A DNA stretch of 63,984 bases, filler included, from Craspedostauros australis (lineage: Eukaryota): the NCBI GenBank assembly GCA_030167865.1. It is 7 parts of 7 records of this genome, joined end to end, with 100 filler letters (N's around TTAATTAATTAA, not from the genome) between each part and the next. Parts side by side here need not be neighbours in the genome. Positions count along the whole stretch, not along the records: positions 6,647 to 36,561 come from JALAGF010001356.1; positions 36,662 to 41,260 come from JALAGF010001357.1; 5 more parts are not named here. The stretch is one strand, 5' to 3'. A program made the position numbers and the translations under genes. Shown here one piece after another: positions 25,188 through 37,271 of the stretch (its first letter is position 1; every line of letters starts with the position of its first letter). A model generated the notes under the pieces. That model worked only from the letters and a program-made list of their open reading frames with translations. It searched no databases and was not told the DNA's origin.

Positions 25188-25661
25188 GGTGTCAATGATT
25201 GTTGGTGCTGGTTGAGATGGGGGAAGAGTCCAGACATCAACCAGTTTCCGCGCCAAAGATCGCCGAGTTCAGCGGAACGTGTTCCAGCCGTCCTTGTGTC
25301 GACCGATTGGATCTTTGACTACCACGAATCGACTAAGCCAAACCAGCCTCACGCCACTCGTGTGGCGTTTGAGAGTGACTGTACTCTGCGCAACACTCCA
25401 CCTGTTCCTTGACCACTGCAACACACCAACAAGGCAGAAGTGTGTCGTACCTATTATGTTTAGTTGCAGAGCGTGAGAGAAATAGAAATAGAGACAGAGG
25501 GACCATAAACAATGGCTATCCTTACCTCTCTGCTTGTGGAGAGTACTGGTATTCCGTCCCTGGTTGACACGTTCTGTCTTCTTCTGCCATCGTGTCTCGA
25601 AGAACATTGACTTCAACACAATCAATCAATCCACCGCTCTGCCACCTCGCTGCATCGCCTA

Positions 25662-26594
25662 TCAGCATTGCAACAGCTTCACTTCAAAGTAAAGATCCGC
25701 ACCAGGCCCGGCTCCGATATTGCGATTGCCGTATCCGGCACGTTTGGGAATGATGAGATGCCGCACACCACCAGCCCGCATGCCCTTCATTCCAATGTCC
25801 CACCCTTCGATCACTTCGCCGCGACCCAGACGGAATCCAAAGTTGGAGCTCGAATCCAGGACCTTGCCGTACCGTGTCTTCGCACGCAAGGTGTACTCGA
25901 CGTGGATCTTTTTACGCTCCTGCACGACGGGACCTCTTCCGACCTGGACATCCATGTACTGCACGCCTGAGCGAACCGTGACGAATTGTTGCGAGGCAAC
26001 CAGCTGCTTCTTCTTCTTTTCTTCGGCCTCCTTCTTTTTCAACAGCTCGCGCTGCTTCTTCTCTTGTTCCTGCTGCTGCTGCTGCACGGTCGCTTGCCGT
26101 TCATCTGCTTTGGCCTGCTTCTTCAGCCTGCGCAGTTCTTTGCGCCGCTGATTTTTCTGTCGCTGCCGTTCCTGCTTGGTCGCTTCCTGTGATGCCGCCG
26201 TTCCTTTCGATTCGGACTCGACGGCGGTGCTTTTGTCCGACAGTTTCTGCTTTTTCTGTGATGGTTTGGCGCCCTTCGCATCATCGTCCGTTGGCAACGA
26301 TGCGGTCTGCTTGCTGGATGAACGGGGAACGTCGCTGGCCGTGTCGCCGCTGTCACTCTTTCCTTCTGGATCCGCCTCATTCTCGCTGCTGGATTTGGTC
26401 ACGCTCTTGGTGTGAACGCTCTTCATGATACGGCGGCGTTTCTGAACATACCGACGTTCCAACGCATCATCGTCACCGCCAGAGGGGGCTGACCGTGCAG
26501 ATCCGCGGATTCCGCCGTACTCATCTTCCTCCTCCTCCGAGTGCTGCTGCTGCTGCTGCTGCTGCTGATTCCTTCGCCGATTCCGTCTTCCCAT
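25662..26594 (-). CDS. FKBP-type peptidyl-prolyl isomerase with charged low-complexity N-terminus (nucleolar Fpr3/4-like architecture), about 310 aa
   Basis: C-terminal GVQYMDVQVGRG...FRLGRGEVIEGWDIGMKGMRAGGVRHLIIP...AGYG...LYFEVKLL. Likely start MGRRNRRR at 26594. Confidence 0.85.
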   Translation of the reverse strand: MGRRNRRRNQQQQQQQQHSEEEEDEYGGIRGSARSAPSGGDDDALERRYVQKRRRIMKSVHTKSVTKSSSENEADPEGKSDSGDTASDVPRSSSKQTASLPTDDDAKGAKPSQKKQKLSDKSTAVESESKGTAASQEATKQERQRQKNQRRKELRRLKKQAKADERQATVQQQQQEQEKKQRELLKKKEAEEKKKKQLVASQQFVTVRSGVQYMDVQVGRGPVVQERKKIHVEYTLRAKTRYGKVLDSSSNFGFRLGRGEVIEGWDIGMKGMRAGGVRHLIIPKRAGYGNRNIGAGPGADLYFEVKLLQC

Positions 26595-27268
26595 CGTCAA
26601 TGTGAAAGCAGAGTATGCGTATAGCGCTGTCCTTGCACGTGCTATGATAAGCATGAACGGGAACAGTTGTGTGTCGTACAACAGGCGCGGTGTGGGGTTG
26701 CATCCTTGGGATGGGGTGATGGATGAAGGAAGAAGAGAACGATTTGTTCCTGGTCGCATTTTTCGTTGGTTTTGTGAAACAGGAATCACCGTCGAAGGAC
26801 AGATCAGTGTGCTATCCATGAATGAATGTGATCGGATGCAGAATTCGACTTATTTGACCGCATGAATCACGTTCTTCACACAAAGAACCCTTGGTCGCTG
26901 CGTTTGCAGAAAGGAAGAATTTCGAGGAAGCGTCATCGGCAATTCGTCCACGCAATTCAGGCCAAAAGATAGCTGTCATCTTCGGCATCGTCGTTGTTTT
27001 TCTTCTTTGCGCATCTTCTCTCTCCTTGTGGTGCGGCTGCGTTCGTTGCAAGAGAGAGGCAGCAACACAAGGGAGAAACAAAGGATCGCAGCTGTCACAA
27101 CAGTCATACTCACCCTCATACTTGTAGGATCCATCCAGAAGACCTGTGAGGCAGACAAGAAGTTGAGTTGCCATCGCTCACAAGTGGGCAGCCCATCAAA
27201 CCACAAATTGAGATTGGCGAAAGGGCCTATCACGCCATCTGCAATCTTCCACACTTGCCTCCTGGATC

Positions 27269-28597
27269 ATGAAGCTGCAAGAACGCCGCGAGGCTGCCAT
27301 GCAGGCCATCGAGAAGCTGCACAACAAGGACTTCGTCGGCATCCGTCGACTGGTGCAATCCAACCCGGCCATCCTGTGGCAGCCCGTGTCCGCGCAGATC
27401 ACGTTCATGCATGTTGCCGCACGGTCCATGATCTTGGAGCAGTACGCGGGTGGACGTGGCTCCGTCATGCTGTCCTCCTCGGTGCTAGATGAACAATCAT
27501 CGCAGCAGATCAGAGCGTCCAGCTGCGCCACTGTACGTGCATCAGGCGGTGCCCAATCACGGCGGCGACAGCGCGATTGGTGGAAGTGGCTTCTCGAGGC
27601 AGCCAGCAAGGAGCAGCCCGAGATGTTCTTCCGCGCCAGGGACCGCGGCGGCGACACTTGCCTCGATATCTTCCTGCGATCCTGGTTGTCGCCTAGCGAT
27701 GCCAAGCGAGCCATCTTTCCCTTCGTCGATCGGCTGTCGGACGCCTTGGATCGCGTCGTCAGGAACCCCAGCGACGTCCAGCTCATCGACCAGCTCCTGG
27801 AGCAGCACGATGAGGATGCTCCAATCAACGATGGTTGCGCGCGGAAGCCAGCGACCTCCACACCGGTGTCGACGCACGATGCGTCCGATGTCTTCGTGGT
27901 GTACCGGTTCTGGCGAGCGTTTCGATTGCTCTGCATGGCGGCCGCGGCGGGAACGGATACGACCGAAGACTACGACGACGATGACCACAATGGCAACGAT
28001 CATGTTGCGTATCCCAAAACATCGCTGCATAACACGGAAGAGCGCTTCCCCATCCTTCCTTTCTTGGCACAGACCGGGTGCTGTCCCGAACCCATCGCGC
28101 GCTTCGTCGTTGCCTTGGAACCGCACGCCATGAGATTGCCCAACGAGCACGGGTACCTGCCCATCCACCTGTGGTGCGTCAGTCCCAACCTGCCGGAGGG
28201 TGACGAAGATCAAGATGGGTTCCTGCGCCCTCTGCTGGAGGCCGATCCGCGTTGCGCCACAATCACGGATCCATTGGAGCATCGATTGCCGTTGCATCTG
28301 GCACTGGAACATGGCAAGTCGCTGACGCAGATCACTCGATTGTGGCGCAGCAATCCGGCCACCTTGTACGACCGCGACGTCGTGTCGGAATTGCCATGCT
28401 GCGGCATGCTGGTGCAGGTATGCAAGAAGAAATTGCGCGCCATGAAGCGCGGCGTGCAGAAGCGCGGGTGCTCGACATCATTGAATGATTGGCTCGACTC
28501 GTCGCGTGACAATGAAGGCAAGGAAGAACAGCTCGCCTGTGATCATCTCTCTGCCATTTACGACGCTCTGCGCACGTACCCGCTTGCGATTCTCTGA
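27269..28597 (+). CDS. Hypothetical protein with degenerate ankyrin-like motifs, 442 aa
   Basis: Long ORF with strong coding bias; GDTCLD, GYLPIHL and RLPLHLALEHG motifs; divergent from the FKBP gene. Confidence 0.7.
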   Translation: MKLQERREAAMQAIEKLHNKDFVGIRRLVQSNPAILWQPVSAQITFMHVAARSMILEQYAGGRGSVMLSSSVLDEQSSQQIRASSCATVRASGGAQSRRRQRDWWKWLLEAASKEQPEMFFRARDRGGDTCLDIFLRSWLSPSDAKRAIFPFVDRLSDALDRVVRNPSDVQLIDQLLEQHDEDAPINDGCARKPATSTPVSTHDASDVFVVYRFWRAFRLLCMAAAAGTDTTEDYDDDDHNGNDHVAYPKTSLHNTEERFPILPFLAQTGCCPEPIARFVVALEPHAMRLPNEHGYLPIHLWCVSPNLPEGDEDQDGFLRPLLEADPRCATITDPLEHRLPLHLALEHGKSLTQITRLWRSNPATLYDRDVVSELPCCGMLVQVCKKKLRAMKRGVQKRGCSTSLNDWLDSSRDNEGKEEQLACDHLSAIYDALRTYPLAIL

Positions 28598-29034
28598 ACC
28601 GATCGTGCTGTGTCGTCCTCAAGCATGCTAATGTACCATACGACGACGAGTAGTAGTATCAGAGTCAACGTACGAGTCGCTAACCCGGCATGGATAGCTT
28701 GTCATTATCGCTAGGAGCTACTCATGTAGTAATAGTGTAATGGATATCATACTCGTACCAATGTTCCGACCATGTTTGAATCATTGATTGCCCTATCCAT
28801 CGGGTCCTCGAGGTCTCCTCCCTTGGATTCTTGTGAAGAATGTTGGTATGTATCATAACTTTATTCATAATTTGTGTGCGATTGTACTGTGCGGAGCGTC
28901 GTAGAGCGTGTTTGTGTGCGCACGGCACTCATCAGATGTTCCAACACAACCACATGCGATGGGGCATCCACTTCCTTCACATGTACTTGTACTCGTACTC
29001 GTACGTAGCTGTGCGAGCAGTGGTGCAAGCGTGT

Positions 29035-32000
29035 TTACGCAGCCTTCGACGAGGCATGGCTTTGGCCTGCTGTAAAGTCATCTTCATCACCGACAGGAAG
29101 CCCCTTGCGGTTGCCTTCAAGCAGGGTTGACAGGATCTTGCCACGATGGTACTTTGATGCCATTTCTCGAACCACGTCAGACCCCTTGACGGCCCACAGG
29201 GCTCGGTTCTCCAGCGCGTACTGCAGGAACTCATCGCTGGATGATCCGAACGCTCCGCTCTCAAGCAACTTCTTTGCCAGCGGGATCACGTAAAAGTCAA
29301 AGAACATGACCTCGGACTCGAACCATCCTCCCGTCGGGTCCTTCGATGACAGTCGCGCTTCGTACGCTTGCAGCATCTCTTCGAACAACCGTTCGTTCCA
29401 TTTGCGGAAGATGGTGTAGTGCTGCATCGTGTGGATCACATCGGATGCTTGGATGGTGTGCTCCAGCATCACGGTTGCCTGCAGGCATTCGAACTCTTCC
29501 GTCGACAACTCCTCTTGGGCCTGCATCTTCATGGGACCGAATGCTCTGCCCCACCGCTTCTCGCGGAACGCCTTCGCGTCCTTGTCGAAGATGTCCGTGG
29601 CAATGACGCAATTCACCAGCAGGTGGCGGAACAGCTTGAGCTCCTCCTCAGTCTGGTAGATGCACTGTCGTAGATCGGCATAGGCGCCGTCCATGAGCAA
29701 TTCCCAGGCGATGTCCATGGAATTTTGTTCTGCCACGCTTCTGTTCTCGTACAGTTCGGCCATCTCGTCCCTGTTTCGGATCAGGTCGATGTTGGATATG
29801 CCAGTGTGGTCCACATCGTGAACGATGGCAGCGAAGAATACGGCGAAATGGCAGAGAGGGTTCGAGCTGATGCGTTTGAGGTAGGCCGGGGGTTGGTAGT
29901 GCGGCTTGTTTTGGCGCTGATGCTGTTTCAGCTGCGTCATGAGCTTGGTTGTGGACATGGCGACATGACACGCATGCTCAAAGCAGTGGAATGGGTTATC
30001 TGAGTTTCCGCAAAAGAAGAGATGGTATCCATTGGTACGTGCAGAGGTATGGTATGTATGTGCATGGGATTGTGTGAGGAATCATGACAACGAAACATCG
30101 CAGATTTCGCTCACAATGTATGATTGCAGCATGGTATGGCATGGCATGGGTGCACAGCAGCAGATCCCCAGTAGATGCACGATGCAACAAGACAAGGCAA
30201 GAAAACGTTGAATCAACTCACCTCGATACATGCTTGCGACCTTTGTCACATAGTCTGCAAGCTGCATCATCACAGCATCCTTCAATTCGATCGATTCCAC
30301 CATGACATCCAACAATGCATCCATGTCTAGCAAGTCGTCAACAGTGTTGACACCTCCGCCTCCACCGACATCAACGGCCGCGCCAGCCTGGCCAATGGCT
30401 GTATCTGGAACTGCGGCGTTTGGACTGGACGGATGATCTGTCTTTGTTGCAGGCGCGGCCTTCTTCTCTTCTTCGTTGGCTCCAGCAAGTCGCAGGTCAA
30501 TAACTTCCACCACTTCCTCCACAACCAAGCATGGACTTCCCTCCCACGCGGGCAATCCGTCTGACGGTGGATCCTCCGTCGCGCCTTCGTTCGTTTTGCG
30601 ATGAACAACGACGTGCTTGAGAAGCTTGGCGAGGGTGTCGGATGCCCACTGGATGTATTGGTCGCGTTTGTCCGTGCTTGATGCCGAGACGGTGGACGGA
30701 ACGCGGTTTTGGTACATGGGAACGGTTGCCGGTGTTGTTGGTTGATGCTGTGTCTGCATACTCGTAGTTTCTTGCTGATGCACCTGTGCACGTTCTTGCG
30801 GCTGATTCTGCCCATCACTGCTTTGCTCGCCATCCTTGAATGCGTACGGTGGGTACTCCGAAGGCTTCAAGGACGCCACAGAATCGTTGCGGTACGTCGA
30901 ACTCAACGATCCTGCTGACAGCTGCTTCTCCGCTGGGATCGATGTGACACGCAATGGAATGGAATCGAAATTGTTCGTTTCGCTGCTGCCTGTCGATCCG
31001 ATTGAACTTTCTCCCGATTCTCCCCGAGTGAGCTTCGTCATGGGCAAATCCAGCGACTTCATGGATCCCAACGATCTTTCGCTTGGTGCCAAACTGGCGC
31101 TCTCAGAACCTACAGAGCGTGAAGCGCCACCCGAATTGTTTCGTCGACGAGACCTGTTCTTGATCCAGTAGGTCTGCATCTCTCCCTTTCCCTTCGCAAA
31201 TACCTTCTCATCACGCGCCTTCAGCCAAAATCCTTTATCGGCCTCTTCCAGCAATCGCGCCGTCGTTTCAGAGCACTGCACGTGATTTGGCTCTCCTGTG
31301 CTCTCCATGCGAGACGCGGTGTTGACGGTGTCTCCAAACAACTGAAACCGAGACTTCTCTCCTCGCAGCACTCCCGCTGTGACCGATCCGCTGTGCATTC
31401 CGACTCGAAGGGCCAATTTGGCAGTGTCCTTCCCCAACACGTCGGCAAGTCCATGGACGAGCCCAAACATGCGATGCACGCATTCTCTGGCGAATCGTGC
31501 CATGATAACGGCATGATCCTCCTGTGGATTTGGAAGTCCGGTCACTGCAACGTAGCAATCTCCGATGGTCTGTTGGTTTGATCGTAAATTGGAGTACGTA
31601 GGGCAGAGTAGAGGACAACAGAGCAGAGCAGAGTGCATTGGGTTGCAACAGATGATGAGAGGTGTGGTGTGGTGAGATAGAGCATCATTTGCCACGTCAC
31701 AACATGCGCTACCCCAGAAATTGCATTGTGATGGAAACCTCACGGAGCCATCTTCTCGCCAAATCAATCCTTGGATTTGCAGATACATACTGGCACCAAT
31801 CTACGCGAATATACGATGCACGTACCTCAATCTTGAACACCTTCAGTCTCTTCGCCACCTTGTCGAAGGTCGCATAGAGCGTCTGCAGCAGCTCAAATAC
31901 CTCCGTGGGTTCTCTCTGCGACGACCATCGCGTGAAGCCTGCGATGTCCGCAAAGAATACCGTCGTGTGCGGGTAAATATCTGCGATGGGCCGGTTGTCC

Positions 32001-34849
32001 CCAGCCCGGAACGCGCTGCTGCCTATTTTGCTTTTGGTTGCGCCGCCGTGGGTGCTCGTCGAGACACTCGCGCCGCTGCCACTCTCTTTGTAAAGACTGC
32101 TCGCGCCGCTGTTCCTTCTCTGGCTGGATGCTTGTTTTTCCGCTTGCGTAGTACCATCCGCGTACGCCGACGACGCGCTTATCGCTGTGTCTGTCATGCG
32201 ATTGGCTGGCCTGTCGCCATCTTCCTCGAACGTCATGCCTGATAATTCATGCACCTCATCCAACCCTTCGCCTTCGATGCACTCGTACTCGGGACCCAGA
32301 TCGTTTTCGTAATCCGGACCGAAGTCTCCATTCTTCATGTTTCCGGAATTTCCAGAAGCGCTGTGAAGTGCAACGTCATCGTCGTCATCGTCATTGTTGC
32401 GACCGCCGTTGTTGCGCTTGTTCTGCCTCCCGTTGTTCTTGCCACCCGAATTTTGATCCTGATTGAGGAGACGATCCCGAATTGCCGGCGGGAACAAGGA
32501 TGAGACGATGGCTCGGTTCTGGATCGCAGTTTTGAGAACCAGCTTCTGACGGCGTTCGACAATGCAATCGTACACCAAGAACACGACGATCGCAAATACA
32601 AAGACGCAGGCGCACGCCAAAGTGTAGTAGATCGGCGCGTTGGTGATGTAGAATTCTTTGGTTTCCTTCGAGGGGTAGACGGAGATGGTGTATGGACAAA
32701 ACTCCTTGTTCAGGATGACGCCGTTGCGGGTGCTCTTGACCGCAATGGATTTCCGCATGTCGGCGAAGTCGTTGTCGTGGCGGTCACCTTCGCCCAGGAA
32801 TATTGAGTCGGCACCAGTCACTTTGTAGGTGTACTGCTGGCCACATGCATTTTGAATGATCACCACGAGTCCCTTCGCATCCGAGGAAAGGACGTTGTCC
32901 AGAAAGGATGTCCAAAACATGACCACCACGATGACGCCAACGATTTTGTTGTCAGCAGCTGTGGGCGGGGCCAAGGCATTCTCGAAGACAGGGAATGTGA
33001 TGATGCTGTACGGATCTCCCGCGTGGACGCCGGCTTCTTTCTTCCACGCTTTGGCCAGCGTTGCTGCAAACGGGTTTCCTTGATTCGATACCCCAAGGTC
33101 CGTGACCCTGCTCAGAGTGGCCTGCTTCGAGTCGGTTGTCGCAATGATCGAGTCGTTGAAAGCGTCGTATTCGAACAAGTCGAAGTTGATGAAGTCTCGG
33201 ATGACCTTGGAATGCTGCCAGCCCGGGAAGTAGTACGGAACTTCGTGCTTGAACTGCACTTGCGGCACAGTGAGGTTCGTACCGTCTGGAAAGTAGAAGG
33301 TTGGCACCTGGAAGATCTGCCGCGAAAATCCAGCCGAGAAATCGGGGATGTTGCCCATAATCTGTTCTGGCGTCGCGGGCCTTTCGTATAGGTAATCTGG
33401 ATATCTTGGGATGGGCACATCTTCTGCGTCTTGCGTCTGCTGTTGTTGCTGCATGGAACGAGAATCGGGGGCCATTTCGTGCCACTGCTTCAGTTTGTGA
33501 TCTGGGCTGTGGGGAGTTTTCGCAGCGTGTTGCTGCTTTGCTTCCCTTGGGCCTTCGCCTCGGCTCTTCTGTCCCAACCTCATTCGCCTCGATCGGACGT
33601 TGCGACCTCGATTCGAGTGGGTTTCGTCGTTGTCATTGGTTGCGGCTGTCTCCGCATTCGATCCGTAGAGTTCTTCGATTTGCTGTTCGTAGGCGAGACT
33701 TTCGGTAATCCAATCGTTGCCATGCGCCAAGCTGTATTCCTCCCACGCTCTTCGGTTTGCGACCGTGACGAGCGGCAGAATACCAAGATACAACGCCTGT
33801 CCCAAATCGCGTGTCGCCTGTGCTCGAGCAGCAAAGTCTGGAACCGTCACCTGGAAGAATGAATAAAGCGGAGCGGAGTGTGGAATACAATTAAGCATGG
33901 CATTAGTATGATAGATGGTGTCACCCCACATCACGTCATGTCACGTCACGGAGGAGTTGCGGGGTTAGAGAGAGAAAGAGAGATAGGTGGTTGAGATGGT
34001 ATTGATATTGAATTGGACAACGACATCACATGCACAGACAATTGCATAGTATGCACCTTCCACCTGCGTGCATCATCCTTGGATACTGCTGTACTTGGAA
34101 ACGACGCTTCGGCATCATCGCTGGACCTGCCTTTTCCGACGATACGGCAGATAGACATGATGATGCAAGCACACATATAAAGTACCATAGACACTCGATA
34201 ACCGACGATGGCACACATGACAAAGCACCATCTGCAGAGCAACGAACAGAAGCGGACTTACGAACGGCCAATCGCCTTCGTGGTACGGCAGCGATGCGTT
34301 GGCGGGCATTGTCTCCTTGCGAGTGGACGCGTAACTCGAAGCCGACACGGCCAGCGACTCCAGCGCATCCAATTTGAGATTGACGTTGCCGTTGAATGCT
34401 TCGAGGATCTGATGCGCGTGCGTGTTGTATTGGCGCTTGAAGTCGTCCTTCTCGCTGCCGCTGGCCACGAGGAAGACGATGACGCTGACCAGGGTGCCCG
34501 CGATGACGAGCACAGACATGACGACGATGCGCAGACACGAGACGGCCCTTGTCTCGATCTCGGCCAGTGGCTCGATGTCGCCGCTCAAGCGCTTCGAGTC
34601 GCTGTAGCCGAGACCCGATTGCGAGGCGCGCAAGTCGTCCATCGAGAAGTCCTCGGAATCTTCGACCGTCGAAAGGAACAGCGCGCTGCCATGGCTCGCG
34701 TTGCTGCTGCGATTGTGGTTGGTGGAGGTCGTGCCGCTGCTGCTGCGGTGGGTGCCTCTTTGGCTGGGACTTGGGGTCGGCTCTCCCGTTCCTCCTTCTG
34801 CTCTCGCGGTCATTGCGTCTCCCGCCGATGTTGGCGCTGCTGGAGCCAT
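29035..34849 (-). CDS. Receptor-type guanylate/adenylate cyclase-phosphodiesterase fusion (GC/PDE copy 2), 4 exons, about 1641 aa; both catalytic domains look intact
   Basis: Exons 34849-34262, 33850-31826, 31569-30222 and 29999-29035, all GT-AG with frame preserved. Two TMs plus CHASE-like ectodomain; cyclase FFADIAGFT, FKIE|TIGDCYV, LFGDTVNTASRME; PDE NPFHCFEHA, HDVDHTG, ATDI, QASDV. Confidence 0.9.
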
Positions 34850-36661
34850 GATGATGATGATGATCTGATCTATCTGGTCTATCTGGTCTGTCTGTTGTCG
34901 CGGAATTGATGCCACCTCTCTCTCTCTCTCTCTCTCTCTCTCGAGATGTTGAGATGTTGGGTTGAATTCAGTCCGATTCAGTTGTGTCGAGGAACTTTGT
35001 GCGAGACTGTGATGATGCACTTCAAGCCAGGCAGCGCAGATGGATGAATGAGAGATGATCGTCTCTCTCTTGGTTGCAGAGAACGATGTGACAACTTCAC
35101 GTTGCTTTTCCCTCAGTGCCTCTCTGTTGCCTTCGCCTTGTGGGTGGAGACGGTGGTGCTGTTTCTTGGTCGTTTGTGCCTGAGCCTCTGTGTCGGTCGT
35201 TGTTGAGCTGGAAGGAGACAGCAATCAACACGTCAACCCACGCATAAATACTGTTGCGCTGCCTCTTCCGTGGTCGCTCCCGAATTGGCGCACCTTCGCG
35301 ACACTTGCGACGGTAAATGGTGGAAAACGCCATTCTAACGGAACCTGTTGGGCGCATTGCCTTCCCATTCAGTGAATGCTTCTCATGACTGATCCCGTTT
35401 CAGACAGCCAACATGGAAACGTGCTCGCAAGTCCCATCCACATCGCTAATTAACAAAAACGTGGTGATACGAGCTGATACTCTGTTGGGAATAATGCCTC
35501 CCGATGAATCACGGAACAAGGCGAACGTCTGTCATACAAAAGGCTACACAACAGGGTTAGCATTCAACAAAACACAAAACGTTGCGTTCAGCGAGATGCA
35601 CCACAAAGGTACAAGTATTGTGGGTGCCAAGCCAAACTCAAAATCGCGGTGATCCGTATTCACCACTGTTTGGAAACTCGTGATCACCCCCACGATCCAA
35701 TCGGATCCACATGGCGTTGGGATGCTCTGACACGTATAATCCGAGCTACGAGAAAAAAGATGCAGCTCGGGTCGAGCGTTGTCTCCTGATGTAAGCGCAA
35801 TTCATGGGCGCGCAAGTTTGCAGTATGTGACTTGTGATGTGCCGTCTCTCGTTGCTGGCCCACCATCGATGGATCAGAGTGAGCGCTGGAGAAGAACTCC
35901 ACTTGAGGAAACGAAAACGGATGCAAAGATTGGACACACTGCCTAAGCTCTGGGGGCAGGGACAAGCATGGGCAGCATCATTGGAATTAAAATTATACTT
36001 GCAGAGGATGGTCTAACATCCATACTCGTGGCTCGTACTCGTCGACACCTCGTCCGTTGTCTGCGACGTCCCCTGGCCTGTCCAGAGCTGCGCACCAGAG
36101 ACGAAGTCCGAGAGAGAGAAGGAGATTGTCAATAGGCCACCAGTACGACCATGGTACGTGTTCTTCCCCCTGGTCGTAGTAGTACAGGCAACTCTCTCTG
36201 CGTCAGAAGCGGAATCACGGAAGATGAAAAAAGCTCGTCTGCTTGGTGCTGTGGGAAGCTGAATGCGCCTTCGGATTTGGAACAACGGGGAACGACGCAA
36301 GAGAGGGAAAATCAAAGGGGATCCGCACGCTTCGAGCCACGAAGCTCCCTTTTTATTCCAAACTACTCTACGAAAAATCTCGCCGGTCATTCCGAAGCGC
36401 TCACGGAACGAACAATCGCTCCACACATGGCGGAACTGGATCACCTCCTTGGGCGCAAGAGATAACACGAGACAACACAAGGGGGGCAGTGGAAAATCGT
36501 AAAAGGAGCTCTATCCAAAACCGATTCGTAATTACTAGCAGAATTATTCATCTTTGTTCATNNNNNNNNNNNNNNNNNNNNNNNNNNNNNNNNNNNNNNN
36601 NNNNNTTAATTAATTAANNNNNNNNNNNNNNNNNNNNNNNNNNNNNNNNNNNNNNNNNNNN

Positions 36662-36812
36662 ATGAAAGTAATACCACTTCGATGAAAGTAACAGGACTTC
36701 GATGAAAGTAATGTCACTTCGATGAAAGTAATGTCACTTCGATGAAAGTAATACCACTTCGATGAAAGTAATACCACTTCGATGAAAGTAACAGGACTTC
36801 GATGAAAGTAAC
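36662..36812. repeat. 20-bp minisatellite GATGAAAGTAA-NNNN-ACTTC, about 7.5 copies, truncated by contig start
   Basis: Invariant 16 bp plus variable tetramer TACC/CAGG/TGTC/TGTC/TACC/TACC/CAGG. Confidence 0.92.
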
Positions 36813-37271
36813 AATACTACTCTTAACGCCTATAACGTCTACTTAACGTCTTGACACACGGGCTTGGTGCCCCCGTCCAGGTCATTGGGGTTTGGGCGTG
36901 GTTGTGAATGGGACCGGACTGATTGGAGTCTTGCGCGCGTGGTCTCTGCGAACTTTCGGCGAAATTCCCGTGTCTTGCAGACAACAGCGCAATCACACCA
37001 CCCACCGGTTCGTTCGCTGTGAAAACGCACACAACTTGTCCTGACCAGCCAAACGCAACGACACAAGAGGCAGAACCACTCTTGGTTGGGGTCATTGTTG
37101 CATTGCGTTTGCTGCATTGGGGATGCTGAAGCTGGCGCTGCATTATCATCACTTCGCCAACAGCAGGAGCACGATTGCTCTGCCATTTCCAGACACACAC
37201 ACACTCACAGACACAGTCACAGTCACAGACACAGTCAACAACAACAACATCGCAGACGGCCGTTGAGCACC

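Noticed and set aside
36662..36812. CRISPR array
   Set aside because: The variable parts are only 4 nt and recur, no cas genes are present, and the context is eukaryotic. It is also not a TTAGGG-type telomere repeat.
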